Assembly (NCBI GenBank): GCA_047975285.1
Contig: JBKEDG010000052.1
Span: forward strand, 1,415-65,414
Origin: Bacilli bacterium
GTDB lineage: Bacteria > Bacillota_I > Bacilli_A > JBKEDG01
DNA length: 64,000 nucleotides
Direction of reading: 5' to 3'
The stretch's first letter is position 1, and the number at the start of each line of letters is the position of its first letter. Shown in pieces: positions 43,458 to 53,787 of the stretch. Made by a program: the position numbers and the translations under genes. The notes under the pieces are model-generated. The model had not been told where the DNA came from. It saw nothing but the letters and a program-made list of their open reading frames with translations, and ran no database searches.

Positions 43458-44764
43458 AATATCCTGTAGTTGCAATTGTTGGAAAACCAAATGTTGGTAA
43501 ATCAACAATTTTTAATCGAATAGTTGGAGAAAGAATATCAATTGTTGATGATACAAGAGGAGTTACAAGAGATAGATTATATGCAAGAACTTCATGGATG
43601 GGAGAAGAGTTCATATTAATTGATACTGGTGGTATTGAAGTAGATGAGAGTATCTTTTCTAGTGAGGTAGCTATTCAGGCAAATATTGCTATTGATGAAG
43701 CAGACATAATTATATTTGTTGTAAATGTAAGAGATGGATTGACAAGTGAAGATCACGAGGTTGCTACATTGCTTTATAAATGTAATAAGCCTATAATTCT
43801 TGTTGCTAATAAAGTTGATAATTTAGAACAGAGTAAAGATGTTTATGAATTTTATAGTTTAGGATTTGAAAATGTTATTGGAGTTAGTGGTGCACATGGA
43901 ATTGGAATTGGAGATTTACTTGAAAAAGCACACAGTTTTTTTCCAAAAATTGATTATGAAGATATTGATGAAAATTCTATTTCAATTTCATTTATAGGAA
44001 GACCAAATGTTGGGAAGAGTTCTTTAATTAATTCAATCATTGGTGCAAATCGAGTAATAGTTAGTGATGTTGCCGGAACTACACGTGATGCAACTACAAC
44101 ACCTTTTTTATATGATGAGCAAAAATACAATTTAATTGATACTGCAGGTGTAAGAAAAAAGGGAAAAGTTTACGAAAATGTTGAGAAATATAGTGTGCTT
44201 CGTAGTATAGATGCTTTATCTAAAAGTGATGTAGCTATATTAGTACTTGATGCACAAACAGGTATAATAGAACAGGATAAAAATGTTGTTGGATATGCAA
44301 TTGAAAGTGGATGTGCAATTCTAGTTGTTGTTAATAAATGGGATTTAGTAAAAAAAGATAATACTAGTGTAAAAGAGTGGACTGAAAATATAAAAAGTCA
44401 TTTTCCATTTATTAACTATTCTAATATAATTTTTGTTTCAGCTTTAACTAAGCAACGTATTTATAAAATATTATCTGAAGTTGTTTATTGTAACGAAAAT
44501 AGACAAAGAAGAGTGAGTACAAGTGTTTTAAATAATATAATTTCTGACGCAACATTACTTAATCAAGCACCTAGACATAATGGTGGAAGGCTAAAAATAT
44601 ATTACGCAAGCCAAGTTTCAATAGCGCCACCAACATTTGCACTTTTTGTAAATGATACAACTTATGCACATTTTTCATACATAAGATATATTGAAAACAC
44701 GATAAGAGAATACTTTGATTTTTCAGGTACTCCTGTGAAATTTGTATTGAGATTAAGAAAGTAG
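43454..44764 (+). CDS. der: Ribosome-biogenesis GTPase Der (EngA)
   Basis: Two tandem GTPase domains (GKPNVGKST, GRPNVGKSS) plus KH-like C-terminus. Confidence 0.95.
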   Translation: MKYPVVAIVGKPNVGKSTIFNRIVGERISIVDDTRGVTRDRLYARTSWMGEEFILIDTGGIEVDESIFSSEVAIQANIAIDEADIIIFVVNVRDGLTSEDHEVATLLYKCNKPIILVANKVDNLEQSKDVYEFYSLGFENVIGVSGAHGIGIGDLLEKAHSFFPKIDYEDIDENSISISFIGRPNVGKSSLINSIIGANRVIVSDVAGTTRDATTTPFLYDEQKYNLIDTAGVRKKGKVYENVEKYSVLRSIDALSKSDVAILVLDAQTGIIEQDKNVVGYAIESGCAILVVVNKWDLVKKDNTSVKEWTENIKSHFPFINYSNIIFVSALTKQRIYKILSEVVYCNENRQRRVSTSVLNNIISDATLLNQAPRHNGGRLKIYYASQVSIAPPTFALFVNDTTYAHFSYIRYIENTIREYFDFSGTPVKFVLRLRK

Positions 44765-44771
44765 GTAAAAT

Positions 44772-45776
44772 ATGAAGATTAGTATCTTAGGATTAGGTAG
44801 TTGGCCTTTAGCTTTATCGGTGGCATTAAATGACAACAATAATGATGTTTTAATGTGGAGTGCGATTGAAGAAGAAGTGCAAGAGTTCAATAAGTATCAT
44901 ACTGCTCGTAAATACATTAAGGATGTTACATTTGATAGTAAAATTAAAGCAACACACAGCCTAAAAGAAATATGTGAACACAGTTCAGTAATAATCATTG
45001 GAATACCAACAAAGTTTTATAGAAATATACTTAGTTTATTAAATGAAAACTTAAATCAAAAAAAGATTTTTGTTAATATAAGTAAGGGAATTGAACCTAA
45101 TACTCATATGTTGATGAGTGAAGTTATTACTGATGAAATAGATAATAACTTAATTGATGAGATAGTTAATCTTACTGGACCAAGCCATGCAGAAGAATTA
45201 GTTAAAAGAATGGAGACAACATTAGTAAGTGCTTGTGAAACTTCTACTATAGCAAAGTTAATACAATCCGCTTTTCAAAATCAGTACTTAAGAGTATATA
45301 CGAGTAATGACTTGATTGGATCTCAGCTTGTAAGTGCATTAAAAAATATTATAGCAATTGCTTCAGGGGTTTTGGTTGGACTTGGGAAAGGTGATAATTT
45401 AAAAGCTGCTTTAATAACTAGAGGGCTTGTAGAACTAAAGAGGTATGCACTTTTAAGAGGTGCAAAAGAGGAAACAATTTACAGTTTAGCAGGTCTTGGT
45501 GATTTAATTGTAACGACATCTAGCGTTCATTCTCGCAATTTTCAAGCTGGTTATCGAATTGGAAAGGGAGAAAATCCTAAAGTTGCAATTGAAAAATCAG
45601 TGATGGTTGTTGAAGGGATAAGAACATGCAATGCTGTTGTAAATCAGCTTGATGAATTAGGAATTGAAATGCCAATTAGTGAAGCAGTTTATGATGTATT
45701 TTATAATAATGTTAATATTAATGATGCTATTATTAAGTTGATGACTAGAGAACATCGTCAATTGGAGGAAAATTAA
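44772..45776 (+). CDS. gpsA: NAD(P)H-dependent glycerol-3-phosphate dehydrogenase
   Basis: N-terminal Rossmann ISILGLGSW, ALKNIIAIASG motif, cmk-der-gpsA synteny. Confidence 0.85.
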   Translation: MKISILGLGSWPLALSVALNDNNNDVLMWSAIEEEVQEFNKYHTARKYIKDVTFDSKIKATHSLKEICEHSSVIIIGIPTKFYRNILSLLNENLNQKKIFVNISKGIEPNTHMLMSEVITDEIDNNLIDEIVNLTGPSHAEELVKRMETTLVSACETSTIAKLIQSAFQNQYLRVYTSNDLIGSQLVSALKNIIAIASGVLVGLGKGDNLKAALITRGLVELKRYALLRGAKEETIYSLAGLGDLIVTTSSVHSRNFQAGYRIGKGENPKVAIEKSVMVVEGIRTCNAVVNQLDELGIEMPISEAVYDVFYNNVNINDAIIKLMTREHRQLEEN

Positions 45777-45777
45777 A

Positions 45778-46455
45778 ATGTTTGGGTTTAATAACAAAAA
45801 ACAAAAAACTGACATTGCAATTATTGGGTTAGGATCATTTGGAAGAAACATTTTGCATAATTTTATTAATGAGGGTGTCGATGTTACAATAATAGATAAA
45901 AATATTGAAATTATTAACCAACACGCTTCAATTTGTGATAATGCATACTGTGTTGATAGTACACAAGCAGATGCACTTAGAAAAGTTGGAATTCATAATT
46001 TTGATTGCGTGATTGTCTCAATTGGTCAGGATTTGAATGCAAGTATTTTAACAACACTAATTTTAAAAGAATTTGAAATTGATAAAATAATTGTAAAGGC
46101 TAGTGACGAAAATCATGGAAAGATTCTAAATAAAATTGGTGCTGATCAAATTGTGTATCCTGATAAAGAAATGGGTAAACGTATTTCAATGCAAGTTATG
46201 TATAGTTCAATGCAAGAACTTGTTGAATTGAATGAAGTACAAGTTATGGCTCAATTGATTGTAACGAGTTCTGAATTTATCAATAAATCTTTAGAGTCGC
46301 TAAACATTACAAATAATTATAATGTTATGATTTCAGCTATAAGAAGAGAAAATGAAGTGATTATTCCTGCAGCTAGCGAGTTTTTACTTAAAGATGATTT
46401 ATTAATCGTAATTGGAGAAATTGATAAAGTTGATGCGCTAACAAAGGTGATATAA
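45778..46455 (+). CDS. ktrA: K+ uptake system regulatory subunit (TrkA/KtrA RCK domain protein)
   Basis: IAIIGLGSFGRNIL Rossmann, TrkA-N plus TrkA-C architecture, 225 aa. Confidence 0.7.
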   Translation: MFGFNNKKQKTDIAIIGLGSFGRNILHNFINEGVDVTIIDKNIEIINQHASICDNAYCVDSTQADALRKVGIHNFDCVIVSIGQDLNASILTTLILKEFEIDKIIVKASDENHGKILNKIGADQIVYPDKEMGKRISMQVMYSSMQELVELNEVQVMAQLIVTSSEFINKSLESLNITNNYNVMISAIRRENEVIIPAASEFLLKDDLLIVIGEIDKVDALTKVI

Positions 46456-46925
46456 TGAATGATTTTGTCATTAATAACAATAGTTGTTATGATATAGATA
46501 TGTATATTATTGAAATAATAGATACTATTCTTAAAGAACTTATTATTGATAATGTCACATTTTCAATAAATATCATTTCTGATTTAGAGATTTCAAAAAT
46601 TAATAATGATTATAGAGATAAAGAATGTGTAACTGATGTTATAACATTTGTATATGAAGAAATAGATGATTTTAATCATTTATTTGATACTAGAGAACTG
46701 GGAGATATTTTTATTGCAATTGACCATGTTATAAATAATAGTAAAAAATATGGACACTCTATAAAAAGAGAAATCTCGTTTGTAGTTGCGCATGGGATAT
46801 TACACTTACTCGGTTATGATCATATGACAAAAGAAGAAGAAGAAGTGATGTTTTCATTACAAGAAAAATTAATAAATAGTATTAAATTTAAAGGAAGTGA
46901 TATTAATGAAATATTTAATAAATAA
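46455..46925 (+). CDS. ybeY: rRNA maturation endoribonuclease YbeY
   Basis: HGILHLLGYDH metal-binding motif. Confidence 0.85.
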   Translation: MNDFVINNNSCYDIDMYIIEIIDTILKELIIDNVTFSINIISDLEISKINNDYRDKECVTDVITFVYEEIDDFNHLFDTRELGDIFIAIDHVINNSKKYGHSIKREISFVVAHGILHLLGYDHMTKEEEEVMFSLQEKLINSIKFKGSDINEIFNK

Positions 46926-47295
46926 GGCTAAAATTGCACTTAAAAATGCGTATGCACCTTATTCTAAATTTTATGTAGGATGCAGTTTGGAAATGAAGGA
47001 TGGCACTATTTTTTTAGGATCTAACGTTGAAAACATTTCTTATGGAGGAACAATATGTGCTGAAAGAAGTGCTATTGTTGCTGCTATATCTAATGGCTAT
47101 AAAAAGAAAGATTTTAAAGCAATAGCAATTGTTGCTAATACAAATAAGTATATTCGTCCATGCTTTATATGCAGACAAACATTTGTAGAGTTTTTTGATA
47201 AAGACATGAAAATTGTTCTTGGAAAAATAGATGATGATTTTGAAATTTTAAGAATTGGCGATTTAATACCATATCCTTTTGAGAATTTTCAATGA
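46906..47295 (+). CDS. cdd: Cytidine deaminase
   Basis: AAGGAAG SD before ATG 46906; CAERSAI and PCFICRQ zinc-ligand motifs. Confidence 0.85.
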   Translation: MKYLINKAKIALKNAYAPYSKFYVGCSLEMKDGTIFLGSNVENISYGGTICAERSAIVAAISNGYKKKDFKAIAIVANTNKYIRPCFICRQTFVEFFDKDMKIVLGKIDDDFEILRIGDLIPYPFENFQ

Positions 47296-48179
47296 TGAAA
47301 AAAACAGGATTTGTTGGTCTAATAGGTAGACCTAATGTAGGGAAAAGCACATTACTTAATTCAATTTTAGAAATGAAACTTTCAATCATTTCATCAAAAC
47401 CTCAAACAACAAGAAATATTATTCGGGGAGTTTATAATGATGATGATAGTCAAGTGATTTTTATTGATACACCAGGAATACACAAACCCAAACACGAACT
47501 AGGTAATTATATGAATAAAGTAGCAGTAGCGACTTTAAATGAGATGGATATAGCTCTTTTCTTAATTGACGTTAGTGAAGAGTTCGGTGGAGGAAATAAC
47601 TATATTTTAAATCTATTAAAAGATGTTTCTTGTCCTGTAATATTGGTAATTAACAAGATTGATAAAATTAATAATGATAAATTAATTGAAAAAATAGATC
47701 AATATAAAAACATTTACAATTTTTCTGAAATTGTTCCAATTTCTTCATTAGAGGGAAGAAATATAAATACATTACTTGACGTTATAAAAAGTAAACTTTT
47801 ACCTAACTATGAATATTATGATTCAGATACTTATACAGATATCAGTGATATATTTTATATAAAAGAAATAATTAGGGAAAAAATTTTATATCATACACAA
47901 GAAGAAATACCACATAGTGTAGCTATTGAAATAGATGATTTAATTGAAGGGAAAAACAGTATTGAAATATTTGCTTCAATCATTGTTGAAAGAGATTCAC
48001 AAAAAGGGATTTTAATTGGAAAACGTGGAGCGATGATAAAACAATTAGGTAGCGAATCAAGAGCGGAATTAACTAAGTATAAAAGTAAAAAAGTACATTT
48101 AAATTTAATAATAAAAGTTGATAAAAATTGGCGTAGTAATAGTCGTTCACTTAATAGATATGGATATACGAATAAATGA
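47292..48179 (+). CDS. era: GTPase Era
   Basis: GRPNVGKSTLLN P-loop, DTPG, NKID, C-terminal KH domain; ATGA coupling. Confidence 0.9.
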   Translation: MMKKTGFVGLIGRPNVGKSTLLNSILEMKLSIISSKPQTTRNIIRGVYNDDDSQVIFIDTPGIHKPKHELGNYMNKVAVATLNEMDIALFLIDVSEEFGGGNNYILNLLKDVSCPVILVINKIDKINNDKLIEKIDQYKNIYNFSEIVPISSLEGRNINTLLDVIKSKLLPNYEYYDSDTYTDISDIFYIKEIIREKILYHTQEEIPHSVAIEIDDLIEGKNSIEIFASIIVERDSQKGILIGKRGAMIKQLGSESRAELTKYKSKKVHLNLIIKVDKNWRSNSRSLNRYGYTNK

Positions 48180-48889
48180 TAAAGGAAATAACTGGCATTG
48201 TTATCAATGAAAGAAATTATAGTGATAATGATAAAATTATTACAATTTTTTGTAATGATGGTTCATTAAAAAATATTAAAGTTGTGTCAGGAAGAAAGTT
48301 TAAAAACACTAATAGATCTAAAACGCAAATGTTTTGTAATGGTGAATTTATTATAAATGAAAATATAAATAAATTTTCAGTATTAAAAAATGCGATGATC
48401 AAAAATGCTTTTTTGTTTCTTAAACTAGATATAAAAAAGTATTATTATGGGATATACTTTTGTGAGTTTATTACAAAAATAGGATATTATACAGACTTGG
48501 AAGAAGAAGTATATAGCCAATTTATTCTAATGTTAAGTAGGCTTGAAAAAGAACAAAGTTTGGAAGAAATTAGAATAGTATATATTTTTGTTTTATTAAA
48601 ATATTTGGGATTAAGTCCTCACTTTGATAATTGTGTAAACTGTGGAAATAATAATGTAGTTTCTATTGATTATAAATTAGGAGGGTTTATTTGTAACAAT
48701 TGTTTGAATCATAATAATAAATATGACATTAAAACACTAGCAACAATAAAAAAAATAAGTATGGTTGATTTTAAAAAGCTTGGTAAAATTAATTTGAGTA
48801 GTAAAGTAATTTATGAAATAGACTTCTTCCTTGATAAGTATATTGCATATCATTTAAATATAAAACTTAATTCTAAGGCTTTTCTTTGA
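48176..48889 (+). CDS. recO: DNA repair protein RecO
   Basis: N-terminal OB fold, CVNCGNN...CNNC zinc finger, era-recO synteny. Confidence 0.7.
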   Translation: MIKEITGIVINERNYSDNDKIITIFCNDGSLKNIKVVSGRKFKNTNRSKTQMFCNGEFIINENINKFSVLKNAMIKNAFLFLKLDIKKYYYGIYFCEFITKIGYYTDLEEEVYSQFILMLSRLEKEQSLEEIRIVYIFVLLKYLGLSPHFDNCVNCGNNNVVSIDYKLGGFICNNCLNHNNKYDIKTLATIKKISMVDFKKLGKINLSSKVIYEIDFFLDKYIAYHLNIKLNSKAFL

Positions 48890-49020
48890 AAAAGTAGCTG
48901 TAAGTTATCATATTTAGTAATTGTTTAAATCCTTTTTATAATCAGGAACAGTTTTATAATAAATTAAAATAAAAATATACGGTATCTTTATCAAAAATTG
49001 TATCAAGTAGTTATAAAGTG

Positions 49021-49049
49021 TTGACAAATATAGTATAATATTGTATTAT
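49021..49049 (+). promoter_or_regulatory. Candidate sigma-A promoter of pheST leader
   Basis: TTGACA - 17 nt - TATTAT. Confidence 0.4.
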
Positions 49050-49074
49050 ATATTTAATATTATTTATGATTGAG

Positions 49075-49279
49075 GATTAGTAATAAAAAGTTGTTTTTAA
49101 GAGAGTTAGTGGTTGCTGTGAACTAATAAATAATTTTTTATGAATTCACCTCATAGATGCAAGTAGGGAGATTTATCAAAATACTTGTCGGGGAAACTCG
49201 TTAATTAATTAAGTACTTTTGAGTAGGATGGTACCGCACACTTGTGCTCCTATTTGAAAGTTTTTTTATGGAGGGGAAT
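49075..49279 (+). promoter_or_regulatory. Probable T-box leader of pheST
   Basis: AGAGAGTTAGTGG (AG-box-like) near the start of the leader, GAATTCA (TTC Phe codon plus A) candidate specifier, TAGGATGGTACCGCAC close to T-box consensus at 49225-49240, U-rich tract before the RBS. Confidence 0.5.
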
Positions 49280-50332
49280 ATGAATGATTTAGATTTAAAA
49301 AAGATATATCAAAATTTTTTAACAGAAATATTAAAAATTGATGATTCAAAAAATTTGTTTGATTTACAAGTTAAATATTTGGGGAAAAAAGGAATATTAA
49401 CTAGTTGTATACATGAGTTGAAAAATATGGAAAAAGAGGATAAAGCTGTTTATGGAAGAGAGTTAAACAGTGTAAAAACTAGAATTAAAAGTCATATTGA
49501 GGAGAAAAAACGTGCAATTAGTGAAATAGAACTTGAAAGTCAACTCAATGAAGATTCAATAGATGTTACTCAACCAGGACTATATTTTGAAAGTGGATAT
49601 ATTCATCCTCTTGAAAAAATGAAAGTTCAAATATGCGCTGTTTTTACTACAATGGGATATGATGTTGTAACAGGTCCAGAAGTTGAATCAGACTATTATA
49701 ATTTCGAGATGCTAAATATTCCCAAAAACCATTCTGCTAGAGATATGCAAGATACGTTTTATATTGATGACAATAATTTGCTTAGAACTCATACTTCACC
49801 TATGCAAATTAGAATTATGATGAACAATAAAGAAAAAGGGCCGATACGCATTGTAAGTCCAGGTAAGGTTTATAGAAGAGATGAGGATGATGCAACGCAT
49901 TCACATCAATTTATGCAAATTGAGGGACTTCTAATTGATGAAGATATTTCAATTGGACATTTAGTTGCTACTTTAGAGGAATTTGTGAAGTCAATATTTG
50001 GTGAAGATAGAAGGGTTAGAGTTAGACCATCATACTTTCCATTTACAGAGCCATCACTAGAAGTTGATGTGGACTGCTTTAATTGTAATGGTTCTGGATG
50101 TAATATTTGTAAAAACACAGGATGGATTGAGGTTTTAGGAGCTGGAATGGTGCATCCAGAAGTTTTAAAAATGACTGGTTATGATTCAAAAAAATACTCT
50201 GGATTTGCATTTGGATTAGGCATTGAAAGGTTTGTAATGCTTAAATACAAGATTAAAGATATTAGAGATTTCTATACTAATGATTTAAGATTTATTTCAA
50301 AATTGAATAGTAGAGATGGGGGTGGATTTTAA
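49280..50332 (+). CDS. pheS: Phenylalanyl-tRNA synthetase alpha subunit
   Basis: Class II core FRNE-like motifs, GFAFGLGIERFVM motif 3; GGAGG SD before ATG 49280. Confidence 0.9.
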   Translation: MNDLDLKKIYQNFLTEILKIDDSKNLFDLQVKYLGKKGILTSCIHELKNMEKEDKAVYGRELNSVKTRIKSHIEEKKRAISEIELESQLNEDSIDVTQPGLYFESGYIHPLEKMKVQICAVFTTMGYDVVTGPEVESDYYNFEMLNIPKNHSARDMQDTFYIDDNNLLRTHTSPMQIRIMMNNKEKGPIRIVSPGKVYRRDEDDATHSHQFMQIEGLLIDEDISIGHLVATLEEFVKSIFGEDRRVRVRPSYFPFTEPSLEVDVDCFNCNGSGCNICKNTGWIEVLGAGMVHPEVLKMTGYDSKKYSGFAFGLGIERFVMLKYKIKDIRDFYTNDLRFISKLNSRDGGGF

Positions 50333-52725
50333 TGAAAATTTCTAGAAATTGGTTAGAAGATTATATAGATATAAATAGATTGACAAATATTGAAATTTCT
50401 GAAGGATTAACTAGGAGTGGTATAGAAGTTGAATCTGTGACTCCTTTAACAAGTGTTAAGGGTGTAATTGTAGCAATGATTTTAAATGTAAAGCCTCATC
50501 CTACATCAGATAAATTATCAATTTGTACAGTAGATATTGGAAACAATGCAACTTTTGATGTTGTTTGTGGAGCTAGTAATGTACGTGAATATATTAAAGT
50601 AGCGTTTGCACCTATTGGTGTAGTGATTAATGGAACAGAGATTAAAGAATCAAATATTCGTGGAATTAATTCGTTTGGAATGCTATGTAGTTTGGAAGAA
50701 TTAGGAATAAATTCTTCTTTAATTAGAGAAAATAGTGAAAATGAGATTTTAGTTCTACCAAATAACTTTGAACTTGGAGGCGATGTAATTGAATTAATGA
50801 ATTTTAATGATACAATATTTGATCTTAGTTTAACTCCTAACAGAAGTGACTGTTTAAGTGTTATTGGATTAGCTTATGAAATTAGTGCGATTTTTGATAT
50901 ACCGTTAAAGAAAAAAACTATTAAATATCCAGAAGTTGAGAATGAATCTGAATTTGTAAATTTACTTGTTTCAAACAATAATGTAAATTATTTTTCAGTT
51001 ATGCCATTACATAATATAAAAGTTGGTGATAGCCCACAGTTTATTAAATCAAGACTAATGAGTTGTGGAATAAAACCTATTAATAATGTTGTTGACATAA
51101 CAAATTATATTCTTATTGAAATTGGTCAGCCATTACATATTTTTGATTTAGCAAAGTCTACTCAAAATATTGAAGTAAGAAATGCTTTTAAAAATGAAAC
51201 TATTAAATTACTAGACGAAAAAGATTATTGTCTAGATACTGATGATATTGTTGTTGCAAATCAAGAAGTTTGTTTATCACTGGCAGGAATTATGGGTGGA
51301 ATGAACTCAAGAGTAACAAAGTATACTGAAAATATTTTATTAGAATGTGCTGTTTTTAATTCACAAAAAATAAGAAAGTCATCAAAAAAGCATTTACTTA
51401 GAAGTGAATCAAGCATTAGGTATGAAAAAGGTATAGACATAAACAAAGTTGAAATTGCACAAAAGATGGCTGTAGAATTATTGATTAAATATGCTTCAGC
51501 TAAACTTAGTACTAAACAAGTTTACTATAAAAGTGAAGAATTTGAATTCGAAGAAAATTATATAGAATTAGAGTATCAAAAATTAGTTAAATATTTAGGA
51601 TTTAATATTGATGTAAATGAAGTGGCTAAAATTTTTAATAGATTACAATTTTCATACACCTTTGAAAATTCTATTTTTAAAGTTAAAAAAATGAGTAGAA
51701 GAGCTGATTTACAATTTGATGTTTGTTTAATAGAAGAGATATTAAGATTGTATGGTGTTAATAAAATAAAAAAAGAATTGCCAAAATCAAAATTAAAAAG
51801 AGCTTATGTTGCTGATTATGATAGAACTCTTACTGCAATAAAGAATATTTTACATAGTATGGGTTATAGTGAATGTATTAATTATTCTTTAACATCTAAA
51901 AGTAAGGCCTATATTTCATTAAGTGAAAATGAAAGTTTGATTCAGTTGAAAAATCCACTTAGCAGTGAAAGAGAGTTCATGCGCAAAACACTGATACCTT
52001 CTTTAATAGATACAGCGGTATATAATTTAGAAAGACAAGCATCTATAGTTCGTCTATATGAAATAAGTCAAATTAATTTTCTAAAAGATAATGAGAATGT
52101 GACACATAATAAAATTACTGCAATGATATCAGGTTTTACGATCGAAAAACCTTTATTTGATGTTAAAATAAAAGGGGACTTTTATTTAATCAAGGGAGCT
52201 TTACAAAAATTACTTTCAATGGCTGGATTAACAGAAGGTAGAGACTATTTTGTTAAATCTAGTGATAATATACCGAATATATTTCATCCAAATCAAAGTG
52301 GAGAAATTATTTTATATGGGAAAGTAGTTGGTTACGTCGGTAAAATTCATCCTAAATATTCCAAATACGATTTATATACATTTGAGATTGATTTTTATGA
52401 ATTAAAAAAACTTTTTTCAGAAGATATCACTCTTGGGACTTTGTCTGTATATCCTTCAATCTCAAGAGATTTGAGTATTGTAGTTGAAAAAGAAATTAAT
52501 TCAATAGATATGATAAAATCGGTTCACAATTTAGACATTGATATCTTAGAAGATATAAGTATATATGATATTTACTATGATGAAAAATTACAAAATAAGA
52601 AATCGTTAACATTTAGAATTATTTTTAGAAGTAATATTTCTACATTATCAGATGAAACTGTTTTACAAAAATTAAAAATGATTACAGATGTATTTAGGCT
52701 TGAATACAATGGAGAACTTAGATGA
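50332..52725 (+). CDS. pheT: Phenylalanyl-tRNA synthetase beta subunit
   Basis: N-terminal tRNA-binding (EMAP) domain, B3/4, B5 and FDX anticodon-binding domains; TAATG coupling to pheS; 797 aa. Confidence 0.9.
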   Translation: MKISRNWLEDYIDINRLTNIEISEGLTRSGIEVESVTPLTSVKGVIVAMILNVKPHPTSDKLSICTVDIGNNATFDVVCGASNVREYIKVAFAPIGVVINGTEIKESNIRGINSFGMLCSLEELGINSSLIRENSENEILVLPNNFELGGDVIELMNFNDTIFDLSLTPNRSDCLSVIGLAYEISAIFDIPLKKKTIKYPEVENESEFVNLLVSNNNVNYFSVMPLHNIKVGDSPQFIKSRLMSCGIKPINNVVDITNYILIEIGQPLHIFDLAKSTQNIEVRNAFKNETIKLLDEKDYCLDTDDIVVANQEVCLSLAGIMGGMNSRVTKYTENILLECAVFNSQKIRKSSKKHLLRSESSIRYEKGIDINKVEIAQKMAVELLIKYASAKLSTKQVYYKSEEFEFEENYIELEYQKLVKYLGFNIDVNEVAKIFNRLQFSYTFENSIFKVKKMSRRADLQFDVCLIEEILRLYGVNKIKKELPKSKLKRAYVADYDRTLTAIKNILHSMGYSECINYSLTSKSKAYISLSENESLIQLKNPLSSEREFMRKTLIPSLIDTAVYNLERQASIVRLYEISQINFLKDNENVTHNKITAMISGFTIEKPLFDVKIKGDFYLIKGALQKLLSMAGLTEGRDYFVKSSDNIPNIFHPNQSGEIILYGKVVGYVGKIHPKYSKYDLYTFEIDFYELKKLFSEDITLGTLSVYPSISRDLSIVVEKEINSIDMIKSVHNLDIDILEDISIYDIYYDEKLQNKKSLTFRIIFRSNISTLSDETVLQKLKMITDVFRLEYNGELR

Positions 52726-53003
52726 TTAAAAAAACTTTAAATAATGAGAATCTTTCCCAACTTGAGTTATATTACGATAATATTCTTGTTGGGAAAATTG
52801 AATATTTAAAAACAAAATATAATATTAATTACTCATATATTTATGTGAATCCAGAATATAGAGGGCAAAAAATATCTAAACAGTTAGCGTATATTGCTTA
52901 TGATAATTATAAACAACACAATTTAAAGACCAAAGTTACTTGTAAAGTACTTAGAAATATTTTAGAAAATAATGATGAATTTAACGAAATGATATTTGAT
53001 TGA
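52722..53003 (+). CDS. Small GNAT-fold protein (mini-acetyltransferase)
   Basis: 93 aa, YVNPEYRGQKISKQLAYIA resembles GNAT motif A (R/Q-x-x-G-x-A/G region); ATGA coupling to pheT. Confidence 0.4.
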   Translation: MIKKTLNNENLSQLELYYDNILVGKIEYLKTKYNINYSYIYVNPEYRGQKISKQLAYIAYDNYKQHNLKTKVTCKVLRNILENNDEFNEMIFD

Positions 53004-53052
53004 AATCGCCCCAATAATTAGGGTGATTTTTTGTAAAAAAAATCAGCAAAGC
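53004..53052. terminator. Two back-to-back hairpins terminating pheST-GNAT (+) and rpmF (-)
   Basis: ATCGCCCC-AATAATTA-GGGTGAT plus T-run; AATCAGC-AAA-GCTGATT. Confidence 0.5.
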
Positions 53053-53055
53053 TGA

Positions 53056-53235
53056 TTATTCTGCATCAGATAAAATATTTTTACCTTTATAAGTACCGCA
53101 ACTAGGACATACTCTATGCATCTTTTTTACTTCACCACAACTAGGACATTTTTGAGTTCCAGGAGCAGATAATTTAAAGTGTGTTCTTCTAGTACGTTTC
53201 TTCATTTTTGATGTTCTTCTAAATGGAACTGCCAT
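53056..53235 (-). CDS. rpmF: 50S ribosomal protein L32 (not in the supplied ORF track, 59 aa)
   Basis: Minus-strand translation [59 protein letters not shown]; GGAGGTG SD; directly downstream of yceD. Confidence 0.85.
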   Translation of the reverse strand: MAVPFRRTSKMKKRTRRTHFKLSAPGTQKCPSCGEVKKMHRVCPSCGTYKGKNILSDAE

Positions 53236-53238
53236 ACA

Positions 53239-53703
53239 TTACACCTCCTCATTTCTATTTAACAAATCCAATAAAGGCTTAAGTCTATCATCAATACCTT
53301 TATCTTCAACTTTATCATGATATAATTTCCAACCATCTCCATCAATAATGCTTTGATTATATTTAGATGGTCTGTTAAATATCTCAACTACTATATTTTC
53401 CCATATTTTCATACATAAATCAAGTGTTTTTTTATGAATATATAAATTTTCTTTCAAAAATTCTTCTTTTTCATTAATATTTAATGATAAATCAACATTT
53501 TGTATAGAATGATTGTTATTATCTTCAACAGTTACAGTCAAATCTACATTTAACTGTAATTCAAATGTGTCATGTGTTGAATATACATTTCCTTTGATTT
53601 TTGCCATTGATAAATCAATTATACCAATAGTATTTTCAAATATATCCATCTGAATTGAAGAATCTATCTCTATCTTATCATATGGTTTTAGGTTTATTAA
53701 CAT
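53239..53703 (-). CDS. yceD: YceD/DUF177 family protein (large-subunit rRNA accumulation protein)
   Basis: Acidic about 150-aa protein 3 nt upstream of rpmF, GAGGTGA SD; canonical yceD-rpmF pairing. Confidence 0.7.
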   Translation of the reverse strand: MLINLKPYDKIEIDSSIQMDIFENTIGIIDLSMAKIKGNVYSTHDTFELQLNVDLTVTVEDNNNHSIQNVDLSLNINEKEEFLKENLYIHKKTLDLCMKIWENIVVEIFNRPSKYNQSIIDGDGWKLYHDKVEDKGIDDRLKPLLDLLNRNEEV

Positions 53704-53787
53704 TTACATCACCTCATGACTATAATAACATTTAATGCTTTAAACTTCAATAAAAATAGTGTAGAATATAAATGAAAGGGTGAGTTG

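Noticed and set aside
43378-51446. Antisense ORFs 43378-43614, 45657-45851, 47165-47389, 48217-48402, 49906-50118 and 51261-51446
   Set aside because: They are embedded antisense in cmk/der, gpsA/ktrA, cdd/era, recO, pheS and pheT.
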